A DNA stretch of 64,000 nt from an uncultured Azospirillaceae bacterium (lineage in GTDB: Bacteria > Pseudomonadota > Alphaproteobacteria > RF32 > CAG-239). Made by a program: the position numbers and the translations under genes. Of the stretch, positions 36,873-45,880 are shown in pieces. Every line of letters starts with the position of its first letter. Positions within the stretch are counted from its first letter, which is position 1. The notes below the pieces were generated by a model, which did not search any database, was not told where the DNA came from, and saw only the letters and a list, made by a program, of their open reading frames with translations. The stretch covers positions 2,392-66,391 of the forward strand of contig CAYNBB010000004.1 of assembly GCA_964395655.1 (NCBI GenBank), given 5' to 3'.

Positions 36873-37879
36873 GACTTTTTGCCGCGAACCTTGTGCAGAC
36901 TGTTGACTTTGAGTGCCGCGAGAGCGTTTGCCGAAAGCGCGGAAACAGCCTGATAAAATTCTTCGCGGCGGTCGACTTTGGAAATCCAGGCTTGAAGCTC
37001 GGCCGAATCGGCAATTTCTGGTTCGGCAGATTTTTTCAGTAAAGCGGCTGCACGCAAAATTTCGTTGTTTTCAATCAGCTTGCCGACGTTGTTTAACGTT
37101 TGTCCGAACATAGGCCGCGGCATATCGGCATCAAGCTTTTTGATTTGCACGATTTCGTTGAGTTTGGTGTTGAGGCGTTCCTTCCAGGTTTGATCCGAAT
37201 CCTGTTGCCGGCGATTGAGTATGGTGTTGCGAATCTGTTCAAATTCAATGGCAAGTTCCAAATCGGACGGAATGCCCGAAGCGGCAAAATCCTGCAATTT
37301 TCCGACCAGACGGGCGGCCTGCGGATTGTCGGCGGCAATCTGGTTTAAGACTTCTGCTTCATATTCAAAAGTCTGACCGCGATCGGCTGCATCTTTGACC
37401 AGAAGCGTACCGGTCAGCAACAAAGCGCTCGAATCGGTTACTTCGCTCAAATTGTTGATTTTCTGCTCAGCAGCGTCCATTCTGGTAATCACTCCGAGAA
37501 TTGTCGCCACGTCAGCCTTGGAATCTATAATGTTCAGATTCATTTTTTCGAGATTGCCAAGGCGTTCCCGAACTTCGGTAAAACCCGAATTGTCAATTTT
37601 ATAGTCGGTCTGGGCAAGCTGGTTTTGCAACCGGGTAATCCTGTCTTGAATTTCGGCAAACCGCGAAGCGTACGGATCGGCTTGTTCCGTCTGAGCAAAA
37701 CGGGTTCGAATCCGGTCGATGAGCTGCGGATTTTTCCAAAGGCCGTATCCGACGCCGCAAACGGCAGCCAAAAGTGCAATGCGGAAAACATATTTTTTCA
37801 GGTTTTCCGAACGAACCGGCATGACGGGAACGACGGCCGGCGTTTCGGCGGTTGTCTGCGAGTCTTTTTGCTTGACCAT
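36869..37879 (-). CDS. Membrane-anchored coiled-coil protein, candidate alphaproteobacterial Mic60/mitofilin homologue
   Basis: 336 aa from the ATG at 37879. One TM helix (FRIALLAAVCGVGYGLW) is followed by a coiled coil. The C-terminal region reads ...LLLTGTLLVKDAADRGQTFEYEAEVLNQIA...GIPSDLELAIEF...W..RL...L...V.I.K and ...AELQAWISKVDRREEFYQAVSALSANALAAL, which resembles the mitofilin-domain pattern. Confidence 0.55.
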   Translation of the reverse strand: MVKQKDSQTTAETPAVVPVMPVRSENLKKYVFRIALLAAVCGVGYGLWKNPQLIDRIRTRFAQTEQADPYASRFAEIQDRITRLQNQLAQTDYKIDNSGFTEVRERLGNLEKMNLNIIDSKADVATILGVITRMDAAEQKINNLSEVTDSSALLLTGTLLVKDAADRGQTFEYEAEVLNQIAADNPQAARLVGKLQDFAASGIPSDLELAIEFEQIRNTILNRRQQDSDQTWKERLNTKLNEIVQIKKLDADMPRPMFGQTLNNVGKLIENNEILRAAALLKKSAEPEIADSAELQAWISKVDRREEFYQAVSALSANALAALKVNSLHKVRGKKS

Positions 37880-37992
37880 TTTTGAATTCCTTATGTTAAG
37901 TAAGTTCTTGGCATTAAACTTTTTATAGTGTATATAATAATCAAAAAACTGCAATAAATAAGTATAATATATGCAGTCGAAAGGTTTTGAAA

Positions 37993-39069
37993 ATGATTGT
38001 TTTGGGAATAGAAAGCAGCTGCGACGAAACGGCTGCGGCGATTGTCAACGATAAGCGCGAAATTTTGGGCGAATGCGTGCTTACGCAGTTGGAACACAAG
38101 GTTTACGGCGGCGTAGTTCCGGAGATTGCGGCGCGCGCGCATCTTGACCATATTGAAGATATTTTGGAAGAAACTTTTAAAAAGTCCGGCATCAAGCCGC
38201 AGGATATCGATGCGATAGCGGCAGCCTCGGGACCGGGACTTATCGGCGGCGTGGTTATCGGCGTTATGGCCGCTAAGGCTTTAAGCCTGGCGCTGAACAA
38301 GCCGTTTATCGCGGTGAATCACCTGGAAGGGCATGCTTTGGCGGCACGACTGACTTCCGACGTTACCTATCCGTATCTGCTGTTGCTGGTATCCGGCGGA
38401 CATTGCCAGATCTTGATTGTCAAAGGCGTCGGAGAATTTGAACGATTGGGAACAACGATTGACGATGCCGCCGGCGAAGCTTTTGACAAAGTGGCAAAAA
38501 TGCTTAACCTCGGCTATCCGGGCGGACCGATGATTGAAAAAATGGCAGATCTCGGAGACGAGAACCGTTTTGTGCTGCCGCGGCCTCTGTTAAACTCGGG
38601 CGACTGCAATCTGTCTTTTTCGGGAATGAAAACGGCCGTGCGCAAAATTATCGAATCTTACGCGGCGGACGGCAATATCGAACATGCGATTTTACAAAAA
38701 CAGGATATCGCCGACATCTGTGCCTGTTTTCAGAAAGCGGCAACGGATCATTTGATTTATAAGTTAAAAAAAGCGATTGCCGCATTTCAGGTCAGATACC
38801 CGGAAGGGCACGATTTGGTGGTTTCGGGCGGCGTGGCTGCCAACACATATCTGCGCGGTCGGCTCAAACAACTGGCTGATATTGAAGGATTAACCTTTTC
38901 GGCGCCGCCGATTAAGTTTTGTACCGACAACGGCGTCATGATTGCCTGGGCCGGAATGGAACGCGCGCTTAAAGGCATCCGTAATGACTTGGATTTCAAG
39001 CCGCGTCCGCGCTGGCCGTTGGACGAACACGCGCCCAAAGCGGCAGGTGCGGGAGGAGTAAAGGCATAA
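37993..39069 (+). CDS. tsaD: tRNA t6A37 threonylcarbamoyltransferase TsaD
   Basis: Contains ILGIESSCDETAAA, VNHLEGHAL, SGGHCQ and GYPGGP. I prefer the ATG at 37993 to the TTG at 37987. Confidence 0.95.
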   Translation: MIVLGIESSCDETAAAIVNDKREILGECVLTQLEHKVYGGVVPEIAARAHLDHIEDILEETFKKSGIKPQDIDAIAAASGPGLIGGVVIGVMAAKALSLALNKPFIAVNHLEGHALAARLTSDVTYPYLLLLVSGGHCQILIVKGVGEFERLGTTIDDAAGEAFDKVAKMLNLGYPGGPMIEKMADLGDENRFVLPRPLLNSGDCNLSFSGMKTAVRKIIESYAADGNIEHAILQKQDIADICACFQKAATDHLIYKLKKAIAAFQVRYPEGHDLVVSGGVAANTYLRGRLKQLADIEGLTFSAPPIKFCTDNGVMIAWAGMERALKGIRNDLDFKPRPRWPLDEHAPKAAGAGGVKA

Positions 39070-39701
39070 TGCGCAACCCCGAAGAAACATTGAAAATTTT
39101 AGACGTTTTTAAGAAAAAAGACGCCAATCCGCCGTCAGAACTGGAATATACCAATGTCTACACGCTGTTGACGGCAATCGTTTTGTCGGCGCAAAGCACG
39201 GACAAAGGTGTCAACAAAGCAACCAAAGAACTGTTTAAAATCGCCGATACGCCGCAAAAAATGCTGGCTTTGGGATTGGACGAACTGAAAGAGCATATCA
39301 AAACAATCGGCCTGTATAACAACAAAGCCAAAAACATTATGGAAATGAGCCGAATTCTGGTTGAAAAACATGACGGCATCGTACCGCATGACCGAAAGGA
39401 TTTGGAGGCTTTACCCGGTGTCGGACGCAAAACGGCCAATGTTTTGTTGAATGTCTGGTGGAACGAGCCGACAATTGCGGTTGATACGCATGTACTGCGC
39501 ATTACCGAGCGGCTGGACATGTGCGACGGACGCACGCCTTTGGCGGTGGAAGCCGAGATGGAAAAAATTCTGCCCGATGAATACAAACGTCATTTCAACC
39601 ATTGGCTGGTTTTGTTCGGCCGCTATATCTGTAAGGCGCAGAAGCCGGATTGCGCTAATTGTCCGGTCGCCTGTTTTTGCAAAAGTTCGGATAAGCGTTA
39701 A
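39069..39701 (+). CDS. nth: Endonuclease III
   Basis: 210 aa. Has the HhH-GPD motif LPGVGRKTANVLL, followed by DTHV, and the C-terminal cluster C..C.KPDCANCPVACFC. TAATG overlap with tsaD. Confidence 0.95.
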   Translation: MRNPEETLKILDVFKKKDANPPSELEYTNVYTLLTAIVLSAQSTDKGVNKATKELFKIADTPQKMLALGLDELKEHIKTIGLYNNKAKNIMEMSRILVEKHDGIVPHDRKDLEALPGVGRKTANVLLNVWWNEPTIAVDTHVLRITERLDMCDGRTPLAVEAEMEKILPDEYKRHFNHWLVLFGRYICKAQKPDCANCPVACFCKSSDKR

Positions 39702-40315
39702 ATATATTTAATCAGTACAAAACCGCCGAGCAACAGAATTAAGAACAAAACGGACAGAATGCCGAGGTTTTTTTCAATAAATTCTTTCATCGGGTTCCCC
39801 CACTTTTTAAGCAGCCAGGCAATCAGATAAAAACGCATGCCGCGGGCAATAACCGAAGCGACGGTGAACGTTATCAGATTCAGACCGACCACGCCGCTGG
39901 CTATGGTGATGACTTTGTACGGGAAAGGCGTAATGCCGGCGCCGAACACGATCCAGGCGCCCCATTCGTGATAATAGTCTTTGAAAACGTCGAACTGATG
40001 CAAATACCCGTAAAACGAAAGTAGCGGTCTGGCAATCTGGTCAAACAGAAAAACGCCTATGCCGTATCCGAAATAGCCGCCGAGAACGCTGGCAAAAGTT
40101 GCCAGTCCGGCAATCTTCCAGGCTTTTCCCGGCGTAGCCAGAATCATCGGAATAATCATGATATCGGGCGGAATCGGAAAAAATGAACTTTCGGCAAAGG
40201 CAACGATAAACAAAAACGACATCGCTTTGGGTGACGCAGACAAAGTAAGCATCCAGTCGTAAACGGTATGGGTAAGCCGGCGAAACCAGCCGAAAAGATT
40301 AGAGAGTACAGACAT
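39698..40315 (-). CDS. DedA/YqaA-family (VTT-domain) membrane protein
   Basis: 205 aa. Contains AFAESSFFPIPPDIMIIPM. Its stop codon overlaps the nth stop by 2 nt, so the two genes converge with no spacer. Confidence 0.8.
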   Translation of the reverse strand: MSVLSNLFGWFRRLTHTVYDWMLTLSASPKAMSFLFIVAFAESSFFPIPPDIMIIPMILATPGKAWKIAGLATFASVLGGYFGYGIGVFLFDQIARPLLSFYGYLHQFDVFKDYYHEWGAWIVFGAGITPFPYKVITIASGVVGLNLITFTVASVIARGMRFYLIAWLLKKWGNPMKEFIEKNLGILSVLFLILLLGGFVLIKYI

Positions 40316-40369
40316 TTATAATCCCTTTGAAAAACGAGCAAAAGAATTATAAAGGGAAAACATAAAGAT

Positions 40370-41002
40370 TTATTTAATGTCTTCAGCCAGTTTTTCAATT
40401 TCGGCTATGGTATCGACTCGGTAAACGGATTCGTGCGGGAGTTCGTTTTTGACTTTGTCAAAACGTTCGACAGTATATTTGACGGCAATTTTGCGGGGTT
40501 TGTTTTTGGAAAGATATTTGCGTGTTCCTTTGAAATCGTGCGTGATAAAATAGCGGTGCTGCCGATTATGAAGGCGAATCAGTTCTTTTTCGAAACCCGG
40601 CGCGTAATCGGCGATGATGAAAATGTCGTGTTCCTGCCCGCCGCGGCAATACGTTTCAAGTATTTCGACGATTTTTTCAATTGCATTTTTCTTTTCGATC
40701 ACGTTTGAGACGCCTTCGATTTCATCGTCTTCGTTCATGGAATCTGAAGCCATCAGGATGACTGGCACGTCTTCCATCCATGATTCAGCGCAGATTTTTC
40801 TCAAAAATTCCCAGTGATTACGGTGCGGCAGGCCGGCGTCCATAAAAATGACATCCGGTCTTATTTCCCGACCGAAAAGCAACATTCTGTACGGATTGTC
40901 GGTGGTAAAAACGTTGTAGCCTTTTGTGGCCAGAAAATGACGGTACAACTTGAGAAAAACTTTGTCTTCATCAAGCATCAGCGCTTTGCCTGTCTGTTCC
41001 AT
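40370..41002 (-). CDS. Receiver (CheY-like) domain protein with an uncharacterised ~90-aa C-terminal extension
   Basis: Contains ALMLDEDK (acidic pocket), PDVIFMDAGLP (candidate phospho-Asp) and VPVILMAS. No HTH or enzymatic output domain is recognisable. ATG at 41002. Confidence 0.6.
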   Translation of the reverse strand: MEQTGKALMLDEDKVFLKLYRHFLATKGYNVFTTDNPYRMLLFGREIRPDVIFMDAGLPHRNHWEFLRKICAESWMEDVPVILMASDSMNEDDEIEGVSNVIEKKNAIEKIVEILETYCRGGQEHDIFIIADYAPGFEKELIRLHNRQHRYFITHDFKGTRKYLSKNKPRKIAVKYTVERFDKVKNELPHESVYRVDTIAEIEKLAEDIK

Positions 41003-41077
41003 AATCCAACTCTCCGCAAAATAGATATTTATGCGAAAAAATATAGTCATCGAAACAGGATTTTTTAGCATTAAAGC

Positions 41078-41121
41078 AAAAAAAAGAGAGCCGGCCGTCT
41101 GTGACGGGAAGGGCTCTCTGA
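41078..41121 (-). terminator. Rho-independent terminator after the internally duplicated 175-aa gene
   Basis: On the minus strand, agagagcc...(19-nt loop)...ggctctct is followed by T8. Confidence 0.65.
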
Positions 41122-41149
41122 AACGTTTGCGGTCAAGTACGTTTCGGAC

Positions 41150-41677
41150 TTATTTTATTCTGGTTACCAGTTTGACGTTGTCGTAGTCTTCAATCGTCGG
41201 TACGGTACCGTCGACGGGAACGACGAAAGTCGTCTTTTTGTCCTCAGAGTTGGCGATAAACGCTTTGAAGACCTCACCGTCCAGCTCTATTGTTTTCTGA
41301 CGGAACCGAAATCCCATGTAAGCCTGACTGGCCGGATTAAGGACTCGTGCAAGCGTACCGAACTCGGTAACGAAAGATTTCAGCGCTTCCTCCGGCGTGT
41401 TTACGGCCTTGATGACGTGGACATCCTTGAAGTCTTCAATACTCGGTGCACCATTCTTTTCCGGATCCACGGGCACAACCATGGTGTTTTCCATCCGGGT
41501 ATCGTGCGCAATGTATGCCCGGAACGGTTCGCCGCCTTTTACTTGGATCTTCTGACGAACGAACTGATAGCCGGAGTAAAATTGACTGGCCGGATTGAGT
41601 GCGCATGCCAAAGTGGCATATTCCTCTTCAAAAGCAGCCTGAGCAGCTTTTTTGCTGGTAATTTTTTTTGTATCCAT
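41150..41677 (-). CDS. Hypothetical protein built from two tandem ~85-aa repeats
   Basis: 175 aa. Residues ~15-95 and ~100-175 align at roughly 40% identity by eye. The shared blocks are TLA..LNPASQ.Y.G..F.....I...GE.F.A.IA........VVPVD.....P.IED...V. Confidence 0.6.
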   Translation of the reverse strand: MDTKKITSKKAAQAAFEEEYATLACALNPASQFYSGYQFVRQKIQVKGGEPFRAYIAHDTRMENTMVVPVDPEKNGAPSIEDFKDVHVIKAVNTPEEALKSFVTEFGTLARVLNPASQAYMGFRFRQKTIELDGEVFKAFIANSEDKKTTFVVPVDGTVPTIEDYDNVKLVTRIK

Positions 41678-41758
41678 ATTACTTGGGTTTATGACAACGG
41701 TGAGAAAAGAAGTTATGTCTTTTCGTCGCGCGCCGTCTGGTGAATAATAATGTTTAAC

Positions 41759-41777
41759 TTGTATTTAATCAATACAA
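41759..41777. promoter_or_regulatory. Perfect 7-bp inverted repeat TTGTATT-N5-AATACAA (operator-like)
   Basis: It sits in the AT-rich spacer, 82-100 nt upstream of the 175-aa gene start and 60 nt downstream of the rsmA stop. Confidence 0.3.
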
Positions 41778-41837
41778 AGAAAATACCATTATCAAAGACA
41801 AAAATCAAGATGTTTTTTGTGTATTTTGTCAAAAAAC

Positions 41838-42689
41838 TTACAGGAGGGCGGATAAGGCAAAAAACTGCGCCGGAGAAATTTCTTCGGGACGAGCAGTCGG
41901 CGAAATTCCTGCGGCTGCGCATTTTTCTTCGAGTCCGGAGACGGATTTAAGGCTTTGACGAATCATTTTGCGGCGCTGAGCAAAGGCTTGCGCCGTTAAT
42001 TTTTCGAGTTTTTGAATCTGTTCGGAAGTTAACGGTTGAGCCACAGGCTCAAACAGCAGTACGCTTGACCAGATTTTGGGCGCCGGAACAAAACATTCGG
42101 GATTGAGATCAAACAGCCGGGTGATTTTGCACTGCAACTGTGCCAGCACCGAAATCCGACCATAATCTTTTGTTCTGATCGGCGCGGAGATCCGGTCTGC
42201 GACTTCTTTCTGGAACATCAAAGTCAGCGCCTGATAAGTACCGATATTACGGAGCCAGCCGGTGAGTAGCGGAACGGAAACGTTATAAGGCAGATTGGAC
42301 ACGATTTGCCGGGGTAGCGCGTCGACGGCCGAGAAATCGAACCTGAGGGCGTCGCCGTTGACAATTTCCATAACATCACCGGTTTTGCTCCGAAGTTCTT
42401 TCATGATTTCGATACAGCGGTCGTCCATTTCTATGACGGTAAGGCGTTGCGGTTCAGCTTTGAGAATCGAACGCGTCAGACCGCCGGGACCGGGGCCTAT
42501 TTCATAAACGTGAGTACCGGCAAAAGATGGTCTGCCCTGTGCTTCCAGCGAAGAGCGGATAATTTTGTCGGTGATATTTGCATCAAGCAGAAAATTTTGT
42601 CCGAGCGCTTTTTTGGCAAGCAGACCGTGAGCGTCAACCGTCAGCCGCAGCGACGGAAGAGATGAAATTATTTGTGCCGGTTCAACCAT
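41838..42689 (-). CDS. rsmA: 16S rRNA (adenine1518/1519-N6)-dimethyltransferase RsmA/KsgA
   Basis: Contains LGQNFLLD, VYEIGPGPGGLT and SNLPYNVS. I prefer the ATG at 42689 (GGAG RBS) to the TTG at 42707. Confidence 0.93.
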   Translation of the reverse strand: MVEPAQIISSLPSLRLTVDAHGLLAKKALGQNFLLDANITDKIIRSSLEAQGRPSFAGTHVYEIGPGPGGLTRSILKAEPQRLTVIEMDDRCIEIMKELRSKTGDVMEIVNGDALRFDFSAVDALPRQIVSNLPYNVSVPLLTGWLRNIGTYQALTLMFQKEVADRISAPIRTKDYGRISVLAQLQCKITRLFDLNPECFVPAPKIWSSVLLFEPVAQPLTSEQIQKLEKLTAQAFAQRRKMIRQSLKSVSGLEEKCAAAGISPTARPEEISPAQFFALSALL

Positions 42690-42690
42690 T

Positions 42691-43605
42691 TTAACTCCGA
42701 ATTTCAATGACCGCTTTTTGGCGCAAATCCTGAAGCAGCTTTTTGCTTAAACCTTCCATTTTCTGATTCTCAAGGATGGTTTTGATTTCCTGAGACGAAG
42801 GAATCTGAGGCTTGTCCGTTTCGGGACTGAAAGTCTGATTGAGTTTAAGAATATAGTAACCGTCGCCGACTTGTATCGGATCCGAAATGTCGCCGGGATT
42901 CATCCTTTTGAGACGGGTTTCCAGCGCCGAGGGAAGCTTGCCGGTATTGACCCAGCCCAGATTGCCGCCGTTGGCCGCACTGGGGCTGTCGGAAAACTGC
43001 ATCGCATAGACGCCGAAACGATCATCGTTGCGAAGATTATAAACCAAATCGGAAAGGTTGCGGGCATGATCTTTTTTGATGTAAATTTCGGAAACCAGAA
43101 ACTTCGGTGTGCTCAAGTCTTCCTGAGCTTCTTTGAGAGCGGCGTTGATTTCTTTCTGGGTCGGCGTGCCTTCCATATAATATTTTTTGCGAATCAGGCG
43201 CAGCCAGGCAAGGTCGGATTTGACCTGTTCATGAATAGTCTGCGGATTTATGTCGGCTTCTTTGAGAATTTTTATCAGTTGTCCGTCCGGAATTTTGTTT
43301 TTCTTTTCGATATTGCGGATTTGCGCCTTGATTTCATCTTCCGTAATACTGATACCGTTTTTATCGGCTTCCTGAAGTTTGAGCTTTTCGTCGATGGCCG
43401 CGTTGAGAACTTTTTGCATCATCATGCCGCGGGTTTGTTGATTCAGAGGTATCTGCGTGTTCATGACAAAAGAGTTTATCCGGTTCTGGAAATCTTCCGA
43501 AGAAATGATTTCGCCGTTAACCAACGCGATGATTTTGAGCGGCGCGGCCGACGCCGTCCGGCCTAAAACCATGAACAGTCCGAGTAAGATGAGAAGTTTT
43601 TTCAT
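42691..43605 (-). CDS. surA: Periplasmic chaperone/PPIase SurA-like protein
   Basis: Signal peptide MKKLLILLGLFMVLGRTASA from the ATG at 43605. It has a SurA-N-like region and one parvulin domain (GGNLGWV..G.L). It sits between lptD and rsmA. Confidence 0.82.
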   Translation of the reverse strand: MKKLLILLGLFMVLGRTASAAPLKIIALVNGEIISSEDFQNRINSFVMNTQIPLNQQTRGMMMQKVLNAAIDEKLKLQEADKNGISITEDEIKAQIRNIEKKNKIPDGQLIKILKEADINPQTIHEQVKSDLAWLRLIRKKYYMEGTPTQKEINAALKEAQEDLSTPKFLVSEIYIKKDHARNLSDLVYNLRNDDRFGVYAMQFSDSPSAANGGNLGWVNTGKLPSALETRLKRMNPGDISDPIQVGDGYYILKLNQTFSPETDKPQIPSSQEIKTILENQKMEGLSKKLLQDLRQKAVIEIRS

Positions 43606-43627
43606 ATCTTGTAAAATCCTTTCTGAA

Positions 43628-45880
43628 TTACTTGGTTCCGGTTCCGCCAAGTGTTTTGAGGAAGAATGTGAAGCCGAATTCGAAATCGCCTTCATAATCG
43701 GGATCGTTCGAGTTGTCTTTTTCGATATTAAAGACCAATCTGGTACATTCGTCTTCGTAGGTCAGAAAACCGCCGTATTCCAGCGTACCGCCGTTTTGGG
43801 CCAGATCCTGACGATTGTAAACGCTGACGGACCAGTTTTTGGTCAGCTGACTTTTGATGCCGGTATAAAGTTCTTTTCGTTCTTCGTTTTTCACCGACGA
43901 AGTCTCGTTGGCCTGAAAATATATGTAAGACAGGTACAAGCGCAAAATCCTGGGTCCCATGCCGGAAGACAATTCGCTGTATGTTACACTATAATCATCT
44001 TTATCCAATTTAAAACGATAGTTTAAATCGAAATATTCGTTCGGCGAAGCGTAAATGCGGCCGACATAATCGGTAAACGAACTTTTTTGGTCATCGGCGG
44101 CGGCAAAACTTTCGTCTTTGCTGAACTCATAGCTTTGCGCCAGCAAGACAGACGTACGACCGAACCTGTTGCCGTAAGAACTCCAATTGAATCCGTAACT
44201 GACACGGCTGCCCGTGTCATTGCGGTCATAACCGGAATAGCGGTCAAGATTAAGAATGTTGGTATCGTTCAGTTCTACGTCCTGGCTGTCTTCGTTGGGA
44301 ATTTTTTCCGGTTTGTTGCTTTGATTGGGAGCCAAAGCGGTAACAACAATCGGCTCGATAATCTGTCGGGAATCTTCGGTGGCACGGATGAACGGCAGGC
44401 GCCATTCCAATCCCATTTGCGGGAAAATGCGCGCGGCAGTGCCGGTGAAAGGCTCATCATCTTCGTAGACATAGTTGTCAACATAATAAAAATCTGATTT
44501 TAACGATGCGACGAGCTTGTACTTTTCTCCGTAAGGGCTGGTGTAAGGCAAATTCCAAGAGTTGATCATGGTAGCGCGCTGGCTGGAATTGTCTTCCTCG
44601 TGGATAACGGAAGCAAAGCTGAGGTTGGTTTTGGTATAGGCGCCGTAACGATCCGGAACGCCGTAATTTTCGTAGTTGAAAAACGGCAGCACCATCGGCC
44701 TGTTGGCATAGCGCAGATCGTAGCTCAGGATTTTGTAGTAATAGGCCTCAAGCGCCGCATAATTGCGATTGTCAAAGCCCTGCAAACGGGCACGTGACGT
44801 CAGCCAGGTGTCATCGCGTTTGGGCAAGCTCAAATCTTTGAGGTAATTGTTGTCCGAAGCATAGTTGATATCGGTGTCGGCAACCCAATAATCGTTGAGT
44901 TCATACCTGCCGTATGCAAAAATATTGCCGCGGTTTTTGTCGGTGTCTTCGTCTTTGAGGAACGAACCGGAAACCGACATATTGCCATTATAGACATATT
45001 TGTTGAAAGCGCCGCTGTATACAATTCCCTTGTCGGTGGTGACAATGGGGTTAAACAAAATGTCCTGCTGATCGTCTATGCTCCAAAAATATTGTCCCTG
45101 GACGGCGCCGCCGAGATACGAGTTGGACATAATGCGCGGAAACAGAAAACCGGAACGGCGCTTGACGGTCGGGTCAGGATGTGACAAATAAGGCGTGTAA
45201 AAAACCGGCGTCCCCTTGATTTCTACAAAGGCATTTTGATAGTTAACGTCTTTATTCTCGGCGTCATGAACAACTTTTGTGGCCTTAATCTGCCACAGCG
45301 GATTGGAATTTCGGCAGACGTCGCAGGGCGTATAGACGGCGTTACGCAGAACTTTTTTGTCCTGTTCTTTACGTTCAAACGAACTCGCGGCCATACGGCT
45401 TTGATCTGCCATGATGACCTTGATGTTTTTCATTTCGCCTTGCGTCATATGATTGTTGAGTTCGGAATAATCGGCAAAAACGACGGAACCGTCTTTTTCA
45501 ACCAAAACCACGTTGCCGACGGCAATAACCGTATCTTCTTTTTGATTATAAACGACTTTGTCGGCGTGCAGCGTCAGATTGCCGCGAATGATTTCAACAT
45601 TGCCGGAAGCTGTTATCAGGCTTTGTTCCTGATTATTTTCAACTTCGTCGGCAGCAAAAAAGATTTCCGTTTCTTTGTCTTTGGGCGCCGGCTCGTCTTG
45701 GGAGGCAGAGCCGAGAACGTCGGTCATGTTGACTTTTGGCGACCATTTGATTTTTTTGTTGCCGGTGGTTTCGGCTATGGTTTTGCGGGTGTCCGGAGTG
45801 ACAATGCTTTCATCGGCTCGAACAGTGTCGATGCCGATAAGCGGAATCCCGAGCAACATGCATAGAAGTCTTTTGTTCAT
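43628..45880 (-). CDS. lptD: LPS-assembly outer-membrane protein LptD
   Basis: 750 aa with a signal peptide. An OstA-like N-terminal domain (ITASGNVEIIRGNLTLHADKVVYN) is followed by a long beta-barrel region. Confidence 0.92.
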   Translation of the reverse strand: MNKRLLCMLLGIPLIGIDTVRADESIVTPDTRKTIAETTGNKKIKWSPKVNMTDVLGSASQDEPAPKDKETEIFFAADEVENNQEQSLITASGNVEIIRGNLTLHADKVVYNQKEDTVIAVGNVVLVEKDGSVVFADYSELNNHMTQGEMKNIKVIMADQSRMAASSFERKEQDKKVLRNAVYTPCDVCRNSNPLWQIKATKVVHDAENKDVNYQNAFVEIKGTPVFYTPYLSHPDPTVKRRSGFLFPRIMSNSYLGGAVQGQYFWSIDDQQDILFNPIVTTDKGIVYSGAFNKYVYNGNMSVSGSFLKDEDTDKNRGNIFAYGRYELNDYWVADTDINYASDNNYLKDLSLPKRDDTWLTSRARLQGFDNRNYAALEAYYYKILSYDLRYANRPMVLPFFNYENYGVPDRYGAYTKTNLSFASVIHEEDNSSQRATMINSWNLPYTSPYGEKYKLVASLKSDFYYVDNYVYEDDEPFTGTAARIFPQMGLEWRLPFIRATEDSRQIIEPIVVTALAPNQSNKPEKIPNEDSQDVELNDTNILNLDRYSGYDRNDTGSRVSYGFNWSSYGNRFGRTSVLLAQSYEFSKDESFAAADDQKSSFTDYVGRIYASPNEYFDLNYRFKLDKDDYSVTYSELSSGMGPRILRLYLSYIYFQANETSSVKNEERKELYTGIKSQLTKNWSVSVYNRQDLAQNGGTLEYGGFLTYEDECTRLVFNIEKDNSNDPDYEGDFEFGFTFFLKTLGGTGTK

